NCBI RefSeq assembly: GCF_006345805.1
Contig: NC_042997.1
Location: forward strand, 193,688,001-193,752,000
DNA from: Octopus sinensis
Lineage: Eukaryota
Direction of reading: 5' to 3'
DNA: 64,000 nucleotides
A program made the translations under genes and the position numbers. The first letter of the stretch is position 1. Each line of letters starts with the position of its first letter. This document shows positions 12,230 to 23,399 of this stretch, piece by piece. The notes beneath the pieces were generated by a model. It saw nothing but the letters and a program-made list of their open reading frames with translations, had not been told where the DNA came from and did not search any database.

Positions 12230-13632
12230 ATGTCTGTTGAAATTATTCACGAAAGTAGTGCTCTTGAGGAGAGCAATGTTAAAAAATTTTCTGAGGTAGC
12301 CGCAGTGGCTACCGAGAAAATTGACATCGATGTCAACCAGCTCGTCGAGCTATTTAAAAAAAATGCAAGAGGAGGGTGGTGATGTTAAAATATCACTCTC
12401 CGCCAGTATCGTGGAGACCGAGAAGCGGACCGTAGTGTTTAAAACTTTCTGTCCACAAAGCAGAAGGTTCAAACACTTTGAAAAAAGTACCATCGAGAAA
12501 TGCCTGTCCCCGATTTGGAAGGACATCGTGTACGTCGCCAGGGGACGGGCATATGGCACTGTGGATGTCCGCTTCTCGGGGGAAGAAATGGCCCGCGGGC
12601 ATTCTGTAAACCCCCTAAAAACCAAGGAGGTGGTACTTTTTCCAAGCTATAGGGGACGCAGGACGTCCCGGGTCAGGATTGTAGAAGCCCCGCCGGAAGT
12701 AGATCCGGTGGAGGTAGTGGCCGCCCTATTATATAAAAGGGCGGACAAAATAAAAATACTAGAAGTAACATGCTCTACCCCTCGATTTTGGCTCGGGCGT
12801 AACATTAATATATTAATTCAAGGAACAGCGGAGGACCTACAGCTCCTTCCTGAGAGGGTGCTCGTGGGCGAGAACGTAGCCCTCAGGGTACAGGTCGAAG
12901 GCCGAAAACCCACCTGTTACGCCTGCGGCAAAAAGGGCCACATTCGTGTAGACTGTCCAGACAAGCAAAAGAAACCGCAGACACCAGGCCCCTCAGATAA
13001 TAAAAAAGTCCCTACCCTTGCAAACACACCTACCCCTACAAAAACAAAAAATCCCACTCCTGCTGTTACGGTGCCAACCCCAAAACAGACTGAAGAAAAA
13101 ACCCAGCCCTCGCACTCACAAACCCCTACACTATTAAAACCTCCCACCCCCCTAAAAACTGCGGCGCCTACCGAACAAACTATTGCTACCCCAGACGATA
13201 CCATGGAGGTATCAGAGGGGGATTTACACCAGTTCGTAAAAGAATTCGTGCAGCATCCCCGTCCACATCCCCTACAAAAAATAATAAAAACAAAGACACA
13301 CCACACAGACACGGAAAAAATCCCGCTCAACTGGCCCAGAAAAAGAAGACAAAAAAGAAAACGAACTCATATTAATTGAATTCGACACACAAGAAAAATA
13401 CATAAACGATATTGTGGTTCAGCATCAGTCAGCAAGACTGTACAACAAATACAAAGATCGAAATAGACACGCGTGGATTGCGGAAACAACGTTCAAACAA
13501 TTAAAAGACAGACACCCAAACGCCATCCGGCATGTCGCGAACTTGCCGGACTATCTGAAGAAAGAGGAGAAAGAAGGGGCCCACAAACGTGTGGTGAGGT
13601 CGGCCCCCACCTCTCCAACGAAATGTAAGTAG
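12230..13632 (+). CDS. Tx1-type ORF1 (gag-like nucleic-acid-binding protein), frameshifted in this sequence
   Basis: Main frame 12321-13379 has the knuckle CYACGKKGHIRVDC and a Pro/Thr/Lys-rich linker. It can be extended by 1-nt shifts to the ATG at 12230 and into the 13414-13632 frame. Confidence 0.85.
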
Positions 13633-13649
13633 AACTTTTACTTTTTGTA

Positions 13650-16600
13650 ATGGCTTCGCTTAACCTTGGTTGTTTAAATGTGCGTGGTCTGAGTTCGAAG
13701 TGGAAGCAGGCTTGTTTCCTCGACGACCTCAGATCACATGATATACATGTGATGGTTGCTACAGAGACCAAGCTGGACAGCCTACAAACCTTCTCGCCTC
13801 TCCTGAATGGCTACGAGAAAATCATGTCTCCTGGCCAGACCGGAGGGCGAGGGGGCGTAGTGGTACTGATCCGTAAAGACTTGGCTCTACAGACAAGTAC
13901 AGTCTATGTAGACCCAGAAGGTGGGCTGGTCGTCCTTGGTGACATACAGAAGTAAGGCCTTCAGGTTGATCGGACTCTATGCACCTTGTGCTAGAGGTTT
14001 CCAAACTGATTTTTATCGGCGCCTTAGAGGGCTTTCTCGTGACGTCGAAGACTTTAGTGATATTAGGGGACTTTAATGCTATCGTTGACGTACACATCGA
14101 TAGCGTTGGCTCGATCTATAGGAAAGTGAACTCACGTCTCGTGGATCTGCTTAAGCGGTTTCAGCTAGCAGATCGTTACAGACTTGACCATCCGAACGTC
14201 CAGAGTGGACCTGGATGAGTGGCGACGGAAGGTTCAAGTCTTATCTAGACAGGATAGTGATAAGAACTAGAGATAAGTCTAGTTTTAGTTGTCCACAGCT
14301 CGTCCAGGTGCCCTATACTGACCATAGAATGGTCACGTGTAGACTGGACATAGATAGCACACTTAAGATAGGAACCGGCTACTGGAAGCTGAACAAGTCT
14401 ATTTTGACACGCGAGGCATACCGTAGCCGGATTAAGGTGTTAGTGCAGAGGGCGTTAACCGGAGCCGTGGTTAATAACCGTGGTGGTTCACCCTCAAAAG
14501 AGCCATTCGATTCGAGTCCATTAGATTTAGTAAACAACTAAGACTAGATAGGGCTAGAATAGAAGGGCAACTAGTTAAGAACTTAGAGGAGGCGTTGAGG
14601 TTGGGCTCTGCATCTCACATTTTAGCGGCGAGAACGGCATTAGACCGTCACCTCAAAACCAAACATGAGGGATGTAGAGTCCGGGCTAAAGTACGAGCAT
14701 TGGGCCGTGAGGGAATTAATGTTGCCGGATGGGCCCGTACGATAGAAACACAGCGTGGAAACGATGCCACAATTGGGTCTCTTGTTGATGAAAACGGATG
14801 CACGATCAAGAAGCGGGACGAGATGTGTGAGGCACTTCACAAGCACTTCGCCGAGTTGTTCGGGAGGTGCGGGACGCTGGATCATGGTGAGGCCTTAGGG
14901 ACTTCCTGTCTGGTGGCCCGCGCCTCTCGACACGAGAGGCTGAGTGCTGCGAAGGGCCAATCACAGCCGAGGAAGTAATCGAGGTGTTGGGCAAGTGCCC
15001 CGGGGAGAAGTCGCCGGGTCTCGATGGTCTGCCCTATGAATTTTATAGAAGTATGCCAGACTTGTTCGGGCACCTGCTGGCTAGCGTCTACGCCAACTGG
15101 CAGCAGAATGGGAGAATTCCCAAGTCTGCGAGACGGGGGGCGGTGACGTTGATCAGGAAGGACCTGAACAAGGGGGACGAGATAGGGAACTTCAGGCCCA
15201 TAACTCTGTTAAACACAGAGTTAAAGATTCTGGCCAAGGTGCTAGCAAAAAGGTTGGCGCGGGTCGTGGACAAACTTGTCGGGGAAGCGCAAACGTGCGC
15301 TATCCCCGGCAGAACGATCCACGACAATCTTCACCTTATACGCTACTCCTTAGAGAGGGTGGGGAAGCTTTCTGGCGCAGGGGGAGCACTGGTACATTTA
15401 GACCAGTCCAAAGCATTTGATAGGGTCGACCATCGGTACCTGGCGGCGGTCCTCGGAGAGGCTGGCCTAGGCCCGACCTTTCGAGGTTGGATCGCTGCTT
15501 TGTATAGCGACATCGAGTCTGTAGTCAAAGTGAACGGTTCCTTTTCGAAGCCGTTCAGGATCGAGCGTTCAGTTCGTCAAGGGTGTCCCCTGTCCTCGCT
15601 CCTATACGTATTGGCTCTTGAGTCTTTGCTGCGGAAGTTGGAGGCACTAGAGGGCGCGCCGCATGATCTATGGTGTGGAAGAGGAGCTACGGCGTATGCG
15701 GATGACACCTCCATCATCGTGGCAGACGAAGGCCAGCTTCCAGTGGTGGAAGAGGCCATCAAAAGCTACGAGGCGGTGGCAGGAGCAAAGGTTAACAAGG
15801 ACAAGTCGGTCGGTTTGCAACTCGGCACCTGGAGGGGCAAGCCGATGCCGTCCAATAACGTCGTAGGGCGTTGGACGGAAGGTCCTGTTAAGCTGCTCGG
15901 AGTCTGGTTCGGGCCAGACCTCCAGATTGAGAAAAATTGGAGTGAGGTGGCCAACAAGGTGACCGCTCTAACCCAGACCTGGTCTGGGCGGGCGTTATCC
16001 CTGCTAGGGAAGGCGGAGGTGGTGCAGATGCTTATAGCATCAGTAATCACCTACCGTCTGACCGTGGTGCCTTGCCCCGATTGTGGCTGAACAAGTTGGA
16101 GAGAATTTTTTCCGATTTTTGTGGAAAGGAGGAAAGCCACTTGTAAAGCGCTCTGTCTGCTGCCAGAAACCGCTAAAGGGTGGGCTAGGGATGCCTTGGC
16201 TGAGGATGCGAAAACTCGCGTTATGGTTGAGGCACCTCTGGCTTTACCTGGATGGAGAGCAGGTGTGGTCACCGCACGTCCGGTTCTACCTTCCCCAGTT
16301 AACATCCCTAACGGACATCGGTGCATGGATCAAGCGGAGACCTAAACTGAGTGAATGTCATTTGGAGTGCCGTCAGGCGCTCCAGCTACTATCTCGGGTG
16401 GGCAACGCCGGCAACAGGAGTTCCACCACGGATTTCTATAGCGGGTTAGTGGAGATTAAGTCCGAAGACGCCTTGGGGGAGACCCTGGGCTACGATGAAA
16501 ATCAGTTGGTCAACCTGTTCCGGAGGACGTTCGGGCCGGGGTATCTGGATAATTACCAGAAATCCCTGGCCTGGCAGTGTTTCCGTGGCGGCTTTACCTG

Positions 16601-17045
16601 TTCGCGACAAGCTGTCAAGGCACGGTAGTGCCGTCTCGCCGACATGCCCGCGATGTGAGCAGGATAGGGAGACCGTCTTGCACGCATTCGTGGAGTGTCC
16701 GGAGTTATCGGGACTGATAGCTTTTGTTGAACAACTGTTGTCAGTGATGGGAAGAGTACAGCTATCAGCTGAGTCTATCATCGAGACTGTGCCGCCCCCT
16801 TTCCTTAACAGGGAAAGAAAGGCTTGTTTTTTCTGTGTAGTAGCCATACTGAAAGAAACAGTATGGAAGACGCGTACGAAAGGTATAGTGACAGGCACCT
16901 TTGTCTCCGGCCAGGGGTTGATTAACTTTTTAGTTACCACCTCAGTAGCAAAATCAGGCTGGAGAAGAGGTGTCTGTCACGAGATATGTTTGCGAAAAGA
17001 TGGAAGCCTGTGGCATACAAGATGGGTATGTTTGGCACCAGGTAA
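13650..17045 (+). CDS. ORF2: AP endonuclease + reverse transcriptase + C-terminal zinc finger, broken by ~9 single-base indels
   Basis: APE motifs LNVRGL, ATETK, LGDFN, SYLDR, TDH; RT motifs KSPGLDG, FRPITLLN, KAFDRV, RQGCPLS, YADD; zinc finger CPRC..ET..HAFVEC; reconstructed stop TAA at 17043-17045. Confidence 0.95.
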
Positions 17046-17273
17046 GTGTGACCGGATCAGAAAGTAAAGGTTCTACCCGGATGGCTGGGTGTCCGTCCTT
17101 CGACATGATCATTAATATTTTTAAACATTGCCTTCGTAAAATTCATTGTTTATAATCTTATCCGTAATTTCATTCGAAAATTGTAACTGTGTTAAGCTAC
17201 TTCACCCTTTATATTTGTCTGTCCTTGTTTGTCCCCTCTTTGTAAATGCCTAAATGGCAAATTATATGAAATA

Positions 17274-17422
17274 AAGTAGCTTACTTACCAACCACATGGT
17301 TCTGGGTTCAGTCCCACTACGTGGCACTTTGGGCAAGTGTCTTCTGCTATAGCCTCGGGCCGACCAAAGCCTTGTGAGTGGATTTGGTAGACGGAAACTG
17401 AAAGAAGCCTGTCGTGTATATG

Positions 17423-17453
<31 letters not shown>

Positions 17454-17662
17454 CTGTGTTTGCCCTCCCAACATCGTTCGACAACCGATGCTGGTATGTT
17501 CATGTCGCCGTAACTTAGCGGTTCGGCAAAAGAGACCGATAGAATAAGTACTAGGCTTACAACGAATAAGTCCTGGGGTCGATTTGCTCGACTAAAGGCG
17601 GTGCTCCAGCATGGCCGCAGTCAAATGACTGAAACAAGTAAAAGACTAAAGAGTAAAGAGAG
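17274..17662 (+). mobile_element. SINE-A, right half (resumes after the LINE)
   Basis: AAGTAGCTTACTTACCAACCACATGGTTCTGGGTTCAGTCCC...GCTCCAGCATGGCCGCAGTCAAATGACTGAAACAAGTAAAAGA continues the consensus where 11801-11832 stops, apart from the TSD overlap. Confidence 0.95.
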
Positions 17663-18844
17663 AGCTGATTACACAACCATGAACGCCGTCCCTATAGATG
17701 CGTTGCAGTTACCCTTTTGATATAATTTGGTGATGTTGACTGTTGTTCTGGGATTTCTCCACTCAGCATCACTGTTCAACCCTTCCGCTGCCTCTTCACA
17801 ATCCGCCACGCTGTAGTCCCATTATTTCGCCGTATTCTTTGTACAGTATCCAAAAGGCTGCCCGTTAATAGGTAGGGCACGGTTGTCACTCCGAATTACC
17901 TGAATACCCGTTGATTATTTTCTAAAATTAAATAAGTTCATTGATGGTTTGGGGGCAAAAAGAACAGTATTTGACTGGTACAATATATTACCCCCATGAT
18001 TTCAAAGCGTACTTCTTACTCAGTCGGCCTCGCATGCGGCCAAATACAAAGGTTTCCATACCGGAAACTCGTGTACAGTACAGACTGCAGGTCTATTTCT
18101 GTGCTTGTTGCCTTGTATAGCCTCACAAATGCGTTTGATGCAGAATTATTTTCTATTTATTCCACATAGTTCTTTGTAAGAATTTTTTTCCTGCGAATTA
18201 ATGACGGGAACGAGATCTTTATACAACCTAGTTACATTAAAAATGTGTTATGTAAGATGTTAAACATTTTACTTTGTTGATATTTAAGCTAAATTCCCTC
18301 AAGATCTATTGATTAAACTTCCATGTACTATCAATTTATTAAACTTTCATGTACCATTAATTCTTTCCTCATTAATTATGATCTCTCCCCCATTTCGTGA
18401 TTCTGTTCTTTTCTCTACGATGAGCATGGCATCATATACTTTCCTTATCATCCCGTTTTCGTCTCCATTCTGCGCTCATTGCAACACAATTCTGCAGTGG
18501 TAATTGTTCCAATCTTCTGGCAGATCTGTTTTGAATTATTAAGGGAAATGTTTTATCTTGCATATATAATTGGACTAATTATTAAACATCACAAGTTACA
18601 TTTAAAAGCAAACAAAAACCAGTTTAGAATATTTTTTTTTAAATGGGTGATACAAAAATATTTAAAAAATGAAATAAATATATAAAAACGATTTTATAAA
18701 TGCAATTAAAATTTTGCTAATTGTGACTGTTTTAATATCATTGTATTTTAATTGTGTGTGTGTGTGTGTGTGGTGTGTGTACGCGTACATACATATTGTC
18801 TATGTACGTATGTATATGTGTATGCATGCACGTAAGTATGTCAC

Positions 18845-20330
18845 TATTCAGTTTTATTTCTAGATCTCTTGCCAATAGAGAAAGAACCGGTTTCTAACCC
18901 AGATCCGAGGCTCCTTCATTGGAATTTCAACATCAACACAGGGGTATGTTTGTATTTATGTATGTATGTAAGTGTGTATGTATGCATGTATGTATGTATG
19001 TATGTATGTATGTATGTATGTATGTATGTATGTGTGTATGAATGTATGTGTGTATGTATGTATTTATGTATGTATGTATGTATCTATCTATCTATGCATG
19101 TATGCATACGCGCATATTTGCATGTTTTGTGCTATGTATGCCTTCTTATGCATATATTTGCATATCTAGACATGCTTATATATACTTAAATGATAAACTT
19201 CTGGAAAGTTTTACTGATTTTTACAGTTCCAGTGATTGATTGGATCTGTAGTCTTCCAATCAGCTTTCTCTTGTCTGGTTTTGAGAAGCCTGATTTCTCA
19301 AGATTGGTATTTAGGCAGTGTGTTACATATCCCACGGCCCCAATAATTGCAGCTATAAACCTGAACTTGTAACCTGGATAGAGTTACTGCAGATTTCTCA
19401 ATAGTTCAGCGTAGGTATTCTCCTTTTCACTGATCTTCAGCTTCATGTTAGCATTCGTTGGGCAGTTGATTTCCACAACTGTACTCAGTTTCTCTTCTCT
19501 ATCCCAAATCATTATACCAGGTCTATCGTGTTTACATTTTATTGAGGTTTTCACTGGGACATCCCACCACTACTCCTTATTATTATGAGTGGATATGGCT
19601 TCCACCATACTGTGGGTTCTTATTTCTTTGTCCTCGGGATTATCCTTTCGACGGATCTCGTTATACAGTTTCCTAGCGACAACATCATGTCTCATCGGTA
19701 GATAATACTGTAATGACATTTTCGAACACTTTATGATGTGGGTGATATTTTCCGTGTTAACTCCACAAAGTCTGCATCGGTTGTCACGTTTCACTGCTTT
19801 TCTTGCATCTCTGTCCTTCTTGTGCATCAGATATTTGGTTGATATTTCCTGTTCTTGGATTGCAAACGCATACCCTTCAAAGTGGGAGGTAATAATCCGT
19901 TTGTTGGGCCATGATAGACTGCTTTGATGATCAATGTTACTATCATCTCGGAGCTTTCTACTAGCATATCCATGCATGGTCTTCTGCGTATATACGTCCA
20001 TCCTTTCGTCTGATGATATGTTGTGCGAGTGCCGTGTGACTTCTTTGGGCACGTATTCAAGGTTATCAGACAAGGAATGCTGCTGAAGGAATTGTCTTTC
20101 AAGTCTTCTGATGTTATCAGCCAAATGCATGCAAATATGGTCAAGGGATGCACTTCGTCCCTTGGTGATTAAAAGATGTTGCCGAAGGGATATGATACGA
20201 CATTCAAAGGCATTTTAGATCGATGGTAAGCTTCTGCCGCCTTATTTTTTTTTAGGCAGAGGCAGTCTACGTATTACAGTCGTTTGGTAAGTGACTGGTT
20301 AATGGTTCTAATTCTACTTGCAAATGTGTG
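18845..20330 (-). pseudogene. 3' fragment of a decayed RLE-type non-LTR retrotransposon (R4/Dong-like)
   Basis: Minus-strand translation gives RLPLPK..GGRSL (thumb region), the CCHC-type CRLCG..E..THIIKC...RHDVVA, and the restriction-like endonuclease WWDVPV..KHDRPGIMIWD..VVEINCP..EK..Y...IIGAVG, with internal stops. Stop at 19186-19188; the 3' UTR ends GAAATAAAACTGAATA. Confidence 0.85.
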
Positions 20331-20422
20331 GTTATTTTATCCCCGTTCGGAACGTATTAAGCCTACAATTATATTACATTGAAAGTTCAAGTAGTTAATT
20401 ATTTTACAATAATTTATAACCC

Positions 20423-20620
20423 TTTTACCCTTTTCAGTCATTTGACTGCGGCCATGCTGGAGCACCGCCTTTAGTCGAGCAAATCGACCCCGGGACTTAT
20501 TCGTTGTAAGCCCAGTACTTATTCTATCGGACTCTTTTGCTGAACCGCTAAGTTACGGGGACGTAAACACACCAGCATCGGTTGTTAAGCACTGCTAGGG
20601 GGACAAACACAGACACACAA

Positions 20621-20657
<37 letters not shown>

Positions 20658-20829
20658 CATATATACGACAGGCTTCTTTCAGTTTCCGTCTACCAAATCC
20701 ACTCACAAGGCATTGGTCGGCCCGGGGCTATAGCAGAAGACACTTGCCCAAGATGCCACGCAGAGGGACTGAACCTGGAACCATGTGGTTGGTTAGCAAG
20801 CTACTTACCACACAGCCACTCCTGCGCCT
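20423..20829 (-). mobile_element. SINE-A, full length
   Basis: Complete head, internal (TA/CA) tract and tail. Confidence 0.95.
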
Positions 20830-21057
20830 ATAACTTTACAATAATTTACAATAATCTTACAATGATTTACAATACTCATAAAATTTCCAATTAATTTATA
20901 AGAAAATTGATACGAGACCAAGAACCACAAAATTTCTTTTATAATTGTACTTTTTCTAAACCGTTGGAATAAAATCGAAATGGAATAAAATCCATGTAGA
21001 TAGTACTGAAGGTATAACCTTAAGGTAGAGCATCTATGAAAACTATATTGTTTGTTA

Positions 21058-22724
21058 GTTAGTTAGTTAGTTAGTTAATTTGGCTCAAAAGCAAATAGTA
21101 AGGCCATGTAGGGGGACATGGAGTTAAGTACAGGGTGGTGTTCATGTAAAGAGTTCAGGCCACTTGAGGTCCAGGGAGGCTTTGAACAAAGCGGTCGTCG
21201 GCATCTTCACCATCTCGTCTGGCAGCTTGTTCCACGGATCCGCAACCCGGACGGAGAAAGCTCCTCTCCTTCGATTGAGATGAAATCGTCGCAGGTAGAG
21301 CTTTTCGGAATGACCCCGCAGCCGACGCTCCGGAGCAGGAGTGAAGAACAGCTCTTTCGAGAGGTTACACTTCCCGCTTATGATGTTGTGGGCGAGAATG
21401 AGATCACCACGGCGGCGGCGTTTTTCAAGAGAATAAAGGTCGAGCGTCCTCAGCCTTTCTTCGTAGGACAAATTTTTGAGACCATGAACCATGCGGGTAG
21501 CCAGCCTCTGGACTCTTTCGAGGTGCTGTATGTCTTTGAGGAGATAAGGAGAAGAGGCTTGAATCCCATACTCCAATATGGGTCTCACCAGCGTGACATA
21601 GAGTGGCAGGAATATGGCTGCTGTGAGCATTCCGAATGAACGTCGAATCAAAAACAGAATTCCGCGCGCTTTGTTGGCAGCATGGACGCACTGGGCCGAA
21701 GGCGAAAAGGAGGAATCCACCAAGATACCCAGGTCCTTTACCTGATCGGTCCTCTCCAGCAGCAGACGACCCGGCTCGAAATCAAGTTGAGTTGCAGGAG
21801 TAGAGCCGACAGGCAGATGACAGCACTTTGACACGTTCAGACACAGGTCCCAATCGTTAGACCACTTCCAAATTTGGTGGAGGCATCGACGAAGATCCTC
21901 TATACTACCGCGAGGAGCGACCAGTTTGATATCGTCGGCAAATAGAAGGGTGTGTTGCGTGAGGTCGTCGGGCAAGTCATTTATGAAGACTAAGAACAAC
22001 AAGGGCCCAAGCACTGAACCTTGAGGCACGCCACTGCTCGCACTGGAGACGTCGGACCGCGAACCATTAACTTGAACTTGGAAGGAGCGATCTGAGAGGA
22101 AGGCACCAACCCATCGTACAATATCCGGATGGAAACTATATGCTTGAAGCTTGACAAGTAGTAGGCGGTGGTTTACCGAGTCAAAAGCTTTGGCAAAGTC
22201 CAATAAAACGATGTCAACAGCATCACTATCATCGAGGATGCGCGTCACCAATTCTTCCATTACTAGTAAGTTGGTCAAGCATGATCTCTTCGGCACGAAG
22301 CCGTGTTGGGAATCAGTGATCGAGGCTGTGTTTAGGAGGTGGAGCATCATACTTTTCTTAAGGATGGTTTCGAACATCTTGCTGATTATTGATGTAAGGG
22401 AAACCGGTCGGTAGTTAAGCGGGTCTTCGCGGCTCCCTTTCTTGAAAATTGGGCAGATTATCGCTGTTCTCCGGTCTGCAGGTATAACACCCGTCGCCAA
22501 TGACATATTGAATAGTCGTGTTAAGGGCTCGCAGATGACCGGAGCCAACGCTTTGATAACCCGTGGGTGTATGCCGTCAGGGCCGTGACCCTTGTTGACA
22601 TCGAGACCTTGAATAACACGTTTGACTTGGTCCCGCGTGATGATCAATCGAAGCATTGGAGGTACCGATCTATCAAATGGAGGGGGTTCACGACCATCAT
22701 CTTGTTTGAAAATAGTTGAAAATA
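21058..22724 (-). mobile_element. 5'-truncated CR1-clade LINE
   Basis: RT ORF, short 3' UTR and (CTAA)n tail at 21055-21076; candidate 8-bp TSD GTTTGTTA (21050-21057, 22725-22732). Confidence 0.9.
21142..22656 (-). CDS. CR1-type reverse transcriptase (C-terminal ~500 aa of ORF2, uninterrupted)
   Basis: GPDGIHP, NYRPVSLTS, QHGF, DFAKAFDSV, SGVPQGSVLGPLLF, FADD, LERVQR, RRRRGDLI, RLRGH, FSVRV..WN.LP. The frame stays open upstream to the truncation point; no endonuclease domain is present. Confidence 0.95.
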   Translation of the reverse strand: MLRLIITRDQVKRVIQGLDVNKGHGPDGIHPRVIKALAPVICEPLTRLFNMSLATGVIPADRRTAIICPIFKKGSREDPLNYRPVSLTSIISKMFETILKKSMMLHLLNTASITDSQHGFVPKRSCLTNLLVMEELVTRILDDSDAVDIVLLDFAKAFDSVNHRLLLVKLQAYSFHPDIVRWVGAFLSDRSFQVQVNGSRSDVSSASSGVPQGSVLGPLLFLVFINDLPDDLTQHTLLFADDIKLVAPRGSIEDLRRCLHQIWKWSNDWDLCLNVSKCCHLPVGSTPATQLDFEPGRLLLERTDQVKDLGILVDSSFSPSAQCVHAANKARGILFLIRRSFGMLTAAIFLPLYVTLVRPILEYGIQASSPYLLKDIQHLERVQRLATRMVHGLKNLSYEERLRTLDLYSLEKRRRRGDLILAHNIISGKCNLSKELFFTPAPERRLRGHSEKLYLRRFHLNRRRGAFSVRVADPWNKLPDEMVKMPTTALFKASLDLKWPELFT

Positions 22725-22736
22725 GTTTGTTATACT

Positions 22737-22965
22737 AAGGCGGCGAGCTGGCAGAATCGTCAGCACGCCGGGCGAAATGCATAACCGTATTTCGTCTGCC
22801 GTTACGTTCTGAGTTCAAATTCCGCCGAGGTCGACTTTACCTTTCGGGGTCGATAAATTAAGTACCAGTTACGCACTGGGATCGATGTAATCGACTTAAT
22901 CCCTTTGTTTGTCCTTGTTTGTCTCCTCTATGTTTAGCTCCTTGTGGGCAATAAAGAAATATATA
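22737..22965 (+). mobile_element. SINE-B monomer with complete T-type tail
   Basis: Ends TTTGTCCTTGTTTGTCTCCTCTATGTTTAGCTCCTTGTGGGCAATAAAGAAATA. Confidence 0.95.
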
Positions 22966-23399
22966 TTGTTTGTTATACACTTGTTACTGCTTATACCTAC
23001 AGACTTAGCAAATATTTTTTTACTACTTCATGGGCTGATGTTTTACGAACGGAAGATAATATTCTACTTCACCGAAATATTGATATATATTCAAAAACAA
23101 AAGAAAGAGGAGTTATAAAATTTAGTAGCAAGCGTGTCAAGTTGTATAAGAAACGATTTTGAACGATATATTTTAGATTGGTATTTTGTTACGTCTCCAT
23201 TTCTTCCTTTAAGGTTCTACATAATGATTATTAGCAAAGTATCGAGTTGCTTATAATGGCTTCTACCCCGCCCTTCCAACCACGAGATTTTGCGTCGATG
23301 TTAGAAATCAATAACTTTCGTGTATCTTTGATAGATTTTTTTCATATGTATAAATTTTGTATTATGTAATAAATGTTTGGTAACGTTTCTATTGTCTAT

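Larger units (their letters stand above)
11833..17273 (+). mobile_element. Apparently full-length L1/Tx1-clade non-LTR retrotransposon (~5.4 kb)
   Basis: 5' UTR, ORF1 with a CCHC knuckle, ORF2 with APE-RT-zinc-finger, 3' UTR; flanked by a 9-bp TSD AAGTAGCTT (11824-11832, 17274-17282). Confidence 0.95.

Noticed and set aside
17900-17921. 22-nt minus-strand micro-exon candidate (TTTTAG|...CAG|GTAATT)
   Set aside because: Good signals, but such short matches are expected by chance in 64 kb of AT-rich DNA; no independent support.
21118-21639. 173-aa plus-strand ORF (and 164-aa minus ORF at 16446-16940)
   Set aside because: Antisense shadows of the CR1 and Tx1 coding regions.
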